This document shows, in pieces, positions 57,403 to 64,000 of a DNA stretch of 64,000 bases. The notes under the pieces are model-generated. The model was given only the letters and a program-made list of their open reading frames with translations, did no database searches and had not been told where the DNA came from. Position 1 is the stretch's first letter; every line of letters starts with the position of its first letter. The position numbers and the translations under genes were made by a program. The stretch comes from Mayamaea pseudoterrestris (taxonomy: Eukaryota), in assembly GCA_027923505.1 (NCBI GenBank), contig BROI01000027.1, forward strand, positions 186,001 through 250,000, written 5' to 3'.

Positions 57403-57683
57403 GGCTGGCAACAGATGCGATGAGGATGGCGACGACGAGTTGTGAGATGAACGATGGTGATCTTCGCCCTTGCAATGCGTGTCGTATCGTCACTTCTGGC
57501 GAAGCACAGACGGCTAGCGACGACTCCACCCGAGGCACGCGCGCGCGCTTCGGCGAGCCCGTACATTCTACACGACTGTAAATCGCCAGCTCCCGTGTCG
57601 CAGTCCACTTTCCACGATATCAACCCACAACGACAGCGGCAGTTCCTCTTGCAGCAGCCAAGTCTCTCTCGCTTCCATTCACC

Positions 57684-58953
57684 ATGACGACGATTGCTCC
57701 TTCCTGCGGCACTGGTGATCTCACCACCTTTAACATTCTCCATGCCTTCCCCGAGGCGTTGGTTCGCGGCATGCGCTCGTCCTTTCTCCGCGACCCCGAG
57801 TACCACCACTTGACCCAGTGCGAGTCGTTGGACGATGCGCGGCTCAATTTGACCGAGACGGACTACTCGGAAGTCTTGGCGGACTCGAGCACCATGACGC
57901 CGGCGTCGCTGCAAAAGGCGGCGATTCAAAAGGTATGTGTAATGGAAATTACATAGGGAATCAGATTCTTTCGCAATTGATCGCCTCGACTAACTTTATC
58001 GCTTTTATTTTCATTCCATTATACAGTTGGTAACCGAGTTTCAGTACTTGCGCTCGCAGGCAGTCCAGCCCTTGTCGCAGTTTCTCGATTTCATCACGTA
58101 CGAATACATGATTGAGAATGTCATTTTGCTTCTCAAGGGCGCCTTGTCGGGCCGCGACATTAACGAGCTCATTGAGCAGTGCCATCCGCTTGGCATGTTC
58201 AAGGAATCGACCATGCGCTCCATTCCGACGTTTGAAAACTCGGCCAAGGGATACATGGACTTGTATCAGACGGTTCTTGTCGATACGCCGGTGGGACCAT
58301 ACTTTAGTCTGTTTTTGCAGGAGAGTGCGTCGCATCATGGAGGCGACTCGCGCAATGTTTTGGAGGAAGTGGAGATTGAGATTATCAAGTCGTCTCTCAT
58401 CAAGTACTGGATCGAAGACTTTCACCAGTTTACCCAAAAGTTGGGAGGTGACACTGCCAAGCTCATGGGCGACCTCTTGAATGTTCGCGCCGATACGAAT
58501 GCGATTAACATTACGCTCAACTCGTTTGGAACGCCACTCAATGAGCCGGCCATGCGCTCGTCGGACCGCAAGCGTCTGTACCCGGCGGTTGGACACTTGT
58601 ATCCAGCGGGAACGTCCATGTTGGTGGATGTTGCGGACGAGGAGGAGCTTGGACGTGTCCTTGAGCTCTTTCCGCAGTACAGCGCGATTTGGAACGTTCA
58701 TGCCAATGGACAGGGCGACAAGAGCATTGACGACTGCTTTTATGAGCGTGACGTTGAAATGCTTGAGCTTGCCTTTGAGAGTCAAATGCATTACGCAGTC
58801 TTTTATGCTTACGTCAAGCTCAAGGAGCAGGAGATTCGAAACTTGGTTTGGATTTCCGAGTGTATTTTGCAGCAGCAGAAGGACGAGATTAACAAGTTTG
58901 TCCCCGTCTTTTCCTTCCATGCTCCGTGGCGTGAAATGAAGCCGCGCCGATAG
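57684..58953 (+). CDS. ATP6V0D: V-type H+-ATPase V0 subunit d; intron 57933-58026
   Basis: LTQCESLDD.RLNL.ETDY, YMIENVILLLKG, CHPLGMF and YAYVKLKEQEIRNLVWISECI. Confidence 0.96.
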
Positions 58954-59113
58954 GAAGTCGGCTTTCATCGTCGATGCTCGCAATGTCGAGGCACTAAAAT
59001 CTAGTTGAAAAGCGTTATTATGAGTTATGATTATGAAGCTAATGTATAAAAGTATGCTGGTAGGAATACATAGTGCAGTCTATGAGCTTGTCTGGCACCC
59101 AGACGACGATCCT

Positions 59114-60921
59114 TCACGTATAACGCAGCCCGTTCGGTCCATACGAAGAAACGAAAGGCTTCGACTCGTCGCTCGCACTCCAACTGGGGTCCGCGTGTTG
59201 TTGCTGAGCTCCAAGTTTCCAATTCACGGCACATGTAAGCCCGGCGATCAGAATTGCTATACCGAGGACAGCAATGGAGCTACGACAAAGCCTACTGCAG
59301 CTTGCCTCCAGGTCAAGAATTTTCTCATCAATAGCGTCGCGAAAGTCTGTCTCACGTCGACGCTTCTTCTTGGAAGTATTAGATGCGACTTGGTCATTGC
59401 TGCAGCTGCTTTCTGCAAAACCCATGCGCTCATTTTCAATGTCAAACAAAATGTTCTTGCCCTGCATAAAATTCGAACCCAGAGTCTGTTTGCTATCCGA
59501 CGTGAAGAATATTCGGGAAATCCATACATTGTTCTCCTCAATGTATCTCATGTAGTGTGAAGGAGGCATGCTGTACGTAATTGTATTAGAGGGTTTGTCA
59601 GCTCTCGGTCGGACACTCGCGCCAAACGATTTTACCTAACGACGTTGTCACTTACGCAACAAGTATGGAACCGCGATTATACCTGTCCAAAGTATTCACA
59701 ATCCAAGGAGCTGACAAGTCGTTCTCATTACGCCGCGACGGAGATAACTGGAAAAGGAGTGTCGGAAGATAGTCATCCAGCTCGTCCCGATCGTATACAT
59801 ACTCGCGATGTGGACTGTAATGCTTGCCGGTCAATGCTTTCCATGCATCCGAGAAGGGAAACTCCAAATTTTTGTTGAACAGGGTGCTGGAGGTGCCGCT
59901 GTCTACAATAAAAGGAGATCGGTTCATGGCGTACGTGCGCATGCTCACCGTCTCGTACCAAACATTGTAGTGACTCTGCCGACTTGGTTGAACCCGTCCA
60001 CCTCCGTGCATGCGAAGGTGAATATTTTCCACGTACAAGCCATAATAGTCATCGGTCTTAAGCATTTCTGCAAAGATCATGGGCGTTTCATTCAAGCTTT
60101 CGTCGGCTCCGCCAAACGTCAGGACTGCTGCTGCTGCTGCTGCAGGTGACACGTCCTACGTCCTTGTCTTGCGTGACGGTTCGAAAGCACAATCCAAAAG
60201 ATTGCGAATCCATCAGCCTTTGGTCGTAAATTTGCTTCCAGAAACTGCCAGAGTATCGACTCATTCCCATGATACCATCTGCCAACTGATCGGTAAAGAG
60301 GCCGTGAATGCTAATTTGACAGCCAAACGTCAAATTCATGTAAAGGCCAAGGTTGCCTACTCGAACGATATCTGTGCCTTCATCGGCCACCCAGGAGCTT
60401 CCTTCATCGTAGTGCCGACTAACGCTGCAGTAGCTTTGTGAGTTTCTTTCGTAGTGATTGCGGCTGCTGCTAGATGCCGCGTTGCATTTTCCAAGCATGC
60501 AGTCACGGTTGGTTCGACAGGGCGTTTTCATGTAGCACGTTGCATTGGATTCATTATACAATCCTCCCAAATGATGGTCATCGCATCCTTTGCACTGCGA
60601 GCAGGGAAAGGCCGTCGTGCCCGATCCAGTGTCGACAATGAGGCTAACGTTTTGTAGATTGTCGCCACAGCCAATCTCTACCATTACATAATGCGTGCCT
60701 GGCGCTTGGAATAGCTCGAGTCTGACGACTGGAGGAGAGAGAAGCGGTAGATTGCTATCATTTGAAATGTTATTTTGGATTGTAGAAATGATTCTTCGAT
60801 GTCTTTGTGAAGCATGATGATGAATGGGAAGTCGAATTGATCGCCTGGAACATGATAGTCGAAGAAAAAATGAGGCCCCGAACAGCCAACGAACGCAGAG
60901 TTTAGACAGTAGCAGCTTCAT
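59114..60921 (-). CDS. A1 aspartic protease with signal peptide and C-terminal TM (plasmepsin V-like architecture); intron 59571-59655; frame broken by a 7-bp duplication at 60151-60164
   Basis: Catalytic motifs LIVDTGS and FIVDSGT, plus ADGIMG, LGSNFM and ILFDIENERMGFAES. Confidence 0.85.
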
Positions 60922-61230
60922 GTCGTGACTTGATCTATGAGTCTGAGAGAAGATCGCGAATGGTTAAGCATCATCTTGTGCAACGGTGTAGTCCTGTTGT
61001 GCATTTGCTGCATTCTATCACGGAACAAATGCGACGACGAGTGGATGTCGGCGAGCACGACGAAAAGAAATGTCCGACCGAAACTGCGTGCGACAACGTT
61101 AGCTATCTCCGCATGCGACGAGGATTTCGTTCAGCCTATATGCCACAACATACGTATTATAGCAATGAACTTGCTATGATATGACTAGAGTGGCTAGTAC
61201 TTTATCTGAGTGACAGCTTTGCTTCTGCAG

Positions 61231-63099
61231 CTACAAGCCACACCCGCAATCGCAGCTGCACTGGACGGTTTCGCAGTCAACGGAAACATACATGTTAATC
61301 TCCGACTTGAGTGCGCAGACTTCCAACGGGACAGTGCCAGACAGTGAGTTTAAATACAACGTCATGAGTTCCAGATTTGATAATTGCGATAGTTGCGATG
61401 GAATGGTTCCGATCAAGCGATTCTCGTCCAAAATTATATACTCCAGATTTGACAGGACTCCCAGCTCGGTTGGAATCGAGCCAGACAGCTGGCTGTTCTG
61501 AAGTGAAAGGTACTTGAGATTGGGAAGGTTGGTCAAGAACGTTGGAATCTGTTGCGACTCAAAAAAGTTGCCCCCGAACAGCATCGTTTCCATGAAAGTC
61601 ATGTTTGCTATTTGAGGTGGTATGCGCGGCAACCAGTTGTCTCGTACGTTCAATCGCCGGAGACTCGTCGGCAGTTGCGGAACAGAGCTCATACCAACCT
61701 GCTGTAGTTCAAGCTGCCGCAAATTCTGCATGGCGAACAACGATTCCGGAAGAACGATGCCTCGGTTGAATGACAAGTCAAGCTTGACAAGACCCGTCAG
61801 CAGCTCCATCTCTTGAGGAATCACTCCAGTTATATTGTTGCTTGACAGATCTAGCTCCGTCAGTGTCCCATTTAAACACGGCAGCTGGGCATTGTTGTAC
61901 CATAAGCATTCGCTTTCGTAGCTAAGCCACGCTGAATTGTCCTTCCAGATACGCCCGTTGCTGGCATGGTACAAGGTTGCAAGTACGAAACGAACGAGCA
62001 TGGACTCTGTCGTCATCGCTGTTGCGGAAGTATTCGCGGCTTGACGCTCCAACCATCTCCATGCCTTGAATTGTGGTGATTGATTATTTTGAATCGCCTC
62101 GAGCGTGTAGTTTGGTAAATGCTGCGTTCGAAGCACTTCCAGACTGGAGACGACGGATGAAATTGTAGGCGAGTTCGTAGGTTGGTATTGCATGACATCG
62201 TCGTCGGGTTGTGTTGCGTTTGGAAATATCTTGTTTCCACTCGTGTATTTTGCAGATTTTGCTGCGGATCGATTTCCAACCAAACCAACAGCCAACGCAA
62301 CTGCTAAAATTGCCACAAGGACAAGCAACGCAAACAAGCAGAGACTAATTCTGCGGCATCTTGTCAGTTTGCGCTCGAGCGTATCTACAGCGCTGCTTGC
62401 CGCTTGGACAAGCTCCTTCAAATCATCTGGTGAAACTTGCGAAAGCTGCGATGACGCATTCGTCGCTCCGGTCATGCTCTTTTTGATTGCCGTTGGATCG
62501 TAGTCATTCACAATGTCTCCACCATTCGTATTGTCTTCCATGATGGTGCCAAGCTCATAGTCACTCAAGTCGTCTGGAAAGACAGCCTGCATGGAGGTTT
62601 GCGTGTCATCGCCTCCCGTTCGCAGCGTCATATTATCGTCCTGCTGCGGCTGGCACTGCAGTGCTCTCAACGCTTCCTGCTGAATAGTTTTGGTAGTCGT
62701 TTCCCATGGATGATGCTGGTGATGATGAGCTTGACGAAGCTGTTGTTGCTGCATAAGCTGGTTGCTACCGCTGGCAATCTCCTGCTGCCGGAGTGTTTTG
62801 CGGAGCTGCGTGCGACGGCCGCTATTGTTGGCATCGCTGTCCATGGACGAGACCATGCTTAATACGCTTTCACCGTGATGCATTTGGTTGAGAGTACTTT
62901 CGTCGTCGTCCGTAATGGAGGAACGAATTTCTGGTCGGCGACTTGTGCGATCGTTTCTCGTTGGAGTAATGGGTAGATTTTCAGCTGCAGCTGCAAATTT
63001 ATCAAGCACGAGGCAACTAAAGGAAAAAGCGGCCGGCCGTTGTCCCTTGTTGCCGTTTCTCTTTCTTTGATCCTTGGTCGAGTATAGCGGCGTCTGCAT
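61231..63099 (-). CDS. Single-pass type II membrane protein with extracellular LRR (L-domain-like) region
   Basis: Disordered N-terminus, TM helix, cap motif (SPQFKAWRWL...RFVLATLY...W...WLS...ECLW) and plant-type LRRs (LSGSIPTELGVLSNLEY). Confidence 0.88.
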   Translation of the reverse strand: MQTPLYSTKDQRKRNGNKGQRPAAFSFSCLVLDKFAAAAENLPITPTRNDRTSRRPEIRSSITDDDESTLNQMHHGESVLSMVSSMDSDANNSGRRTQLRKTLRQQEIASGSNQLMQQQQLRQAHHHQHHPWETTTKTIQQEALRALQCQPQQDDNMTLRTGGDDTQTSMQAVFPDDLSDYELGTIMEDNTNGGDIVNDYDPTAIKKSMTGATNASSQLSQVSPDDLKELVQAASSAVDTLERKLTRCRRISLCLFALLVLVAILAVALAVGLVGNRSAAKSAKYTSGNKIFPNATQPDDDVMQYQPTNSPTISSVVSSLEVLRTQHLPNYTLEAIQNNQSPQFKAWRWLERQAANTSATAMTTESMLVRFVLATLYHASNGRIWKDNSAWLSYESECLWYNNAQLPCLNGTLTELDLSSNNITGVIPQEMELLTGLVKLDLSFNRGIVLPESLFAMQNLRQLELQQVGMSSVPQLPTSLRRLNVRDNWLPRIPPQIANMTFMETMLFGGNFFESQQIPTFLTNLPNLKYLSLQNSQLSGSIPTELGVLSNLEYIILDENRLIGTIPSQLSQLSNLELMTLYLNSLSGTVPLEVCALKSEINMYVSVDCETVQCSCDCGCGL

Positions 63100-63644
63100 A
63101 TTCTGCTATGCGTGGACCGGTAGATTGAAGTGGTTAAAAGGGATTGCTACGACGAAATGGCGGCGATGGTTATCATGGTGAAGGTGCGATTTGGATCGCG
63201 ACGTCAGAGCGTTGGTGCGAAGATACCCATATAATTTGAATCACGTTTCAACATTAAGCCTACTGACGTGGCTTGGCTTGCTGCACGCTTATACCAACGG
63301 AATACTAATCCCCGGTGAGACATAACCAATGGATAACTATCATCCGCCCTGCTATCGTTGCGGGATGGATCAGATCGTGTGACGAAACAAGTAGACACTA
63401 CAATAGATAGCTGACTACGGACCATTTTCTCAAGATGCTGTGTAGCATGAAAACTCGTCTACATTAAGATTTACGACGCGCGTAGGTAGGTGTTTCGGTA
63501 GGCAACAATCTATATAAATTAGTCATGCAAATGTAAGCTTTTATGAAGTAAAGACGTTCATACATCTGATTGTTCTGCGGTTAGTGCAATGCGGAGGAAG
63601 TATTGAGCAAACATGCAGATTCAAGCCATGACCATCTCCCATCC

Positions 63645-64000
63645 TCAGACCAGCCCACGCTTCATCTGCTTGCGACGCTGTCCTTCCATATTCGCGGCGA
63701 GCAATGCCGCCTTGATAGCGGCAGCAGAAACAGGCTTCAGTTCATTGTGGATAGACTCCTCCGCAAAGACGGTGCGGTTTGCAACGATATCAAGTTTCTC
63801 GTCGGTCAAATCCGTTATACCAATGTCGGCAAGCGTCGTCGGAAGGCCAACCGACTCGCAAAAGGAGTAAACTTCGTCCATGAGCTCCTGCGATGCATCC
63901 GTAAAGAACAAACCAGTCAAGACGCCGATGGCAACCTTTTCGCCATGATAGTACTTGTGACATTCCTGCAATTCCGACAAGCCATTGTGCACCGCATGGG
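63645..64000 (-). CDS. gldA: Glycerol dehydrogenase (GldA-like, metal-containing ADH family), 3' part only
   Basis: HAVHNGLS...HGEKVAIG...VGLPTTLADIG motifs; the ORF runs off the right edge. Confidence 0.85.
   Translation of the reverse strand, partial: HAVHNGLSELQECHKYYHGEKVAIGVLTGLFFTDASQELMDEVYSFCESVGLPTTLADIGITDLTDEKLDIVANRTVFAEESIHNELKPVSAAAIKAALLAANMEGQRRKQMKRGLV

Overview
Gene-dense eukaryotic nuclear DNA, most consistent with a diatom or related stramenopile (inferred from short GT-AG introns, compact spacing and gene families). It has about 26 protein-coding loci, including RagC/D GTPase, a mitochondrial carrier, clathrin light chain, COX6A, CDC73, SF-assemblin, a two-pore K+ channel, a 6-exon AMT1, FUN14, insulysin, V-ATPase subunit d, an A1 aspartic protease, LRR and ankyrin-like proteins and a partial glycerol dehydrogenase. 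Two non-coding features stand out. (1) A ~16.5 kb gene-free repeat domain (about 6.1-22.6 kb) is built around a ~14.6 kb array of about 86 palindrome-rich 169-bp monomers. It shows 4-, 5- and 14-mer higher-order structure, an older variant at both edges, CpG-decay variants, a nested ~175-bp second satellite, and a flank sequence that recurs as a solo copy at 39.65 kb. It is a candidate centromeric or heterochromatic locus. (2) A 42-bp minisatellite carrying a TGACGTA (CRE/bZIP-type) motif forms three separate arrays (0.17, 26.9 and 52.7 kb), each apparently in a head-to-head promoter region. Four genes have frame-disrupting lesions that may be real or assembly errors. All calls come from reading the sequence by eye; no database searches were run.
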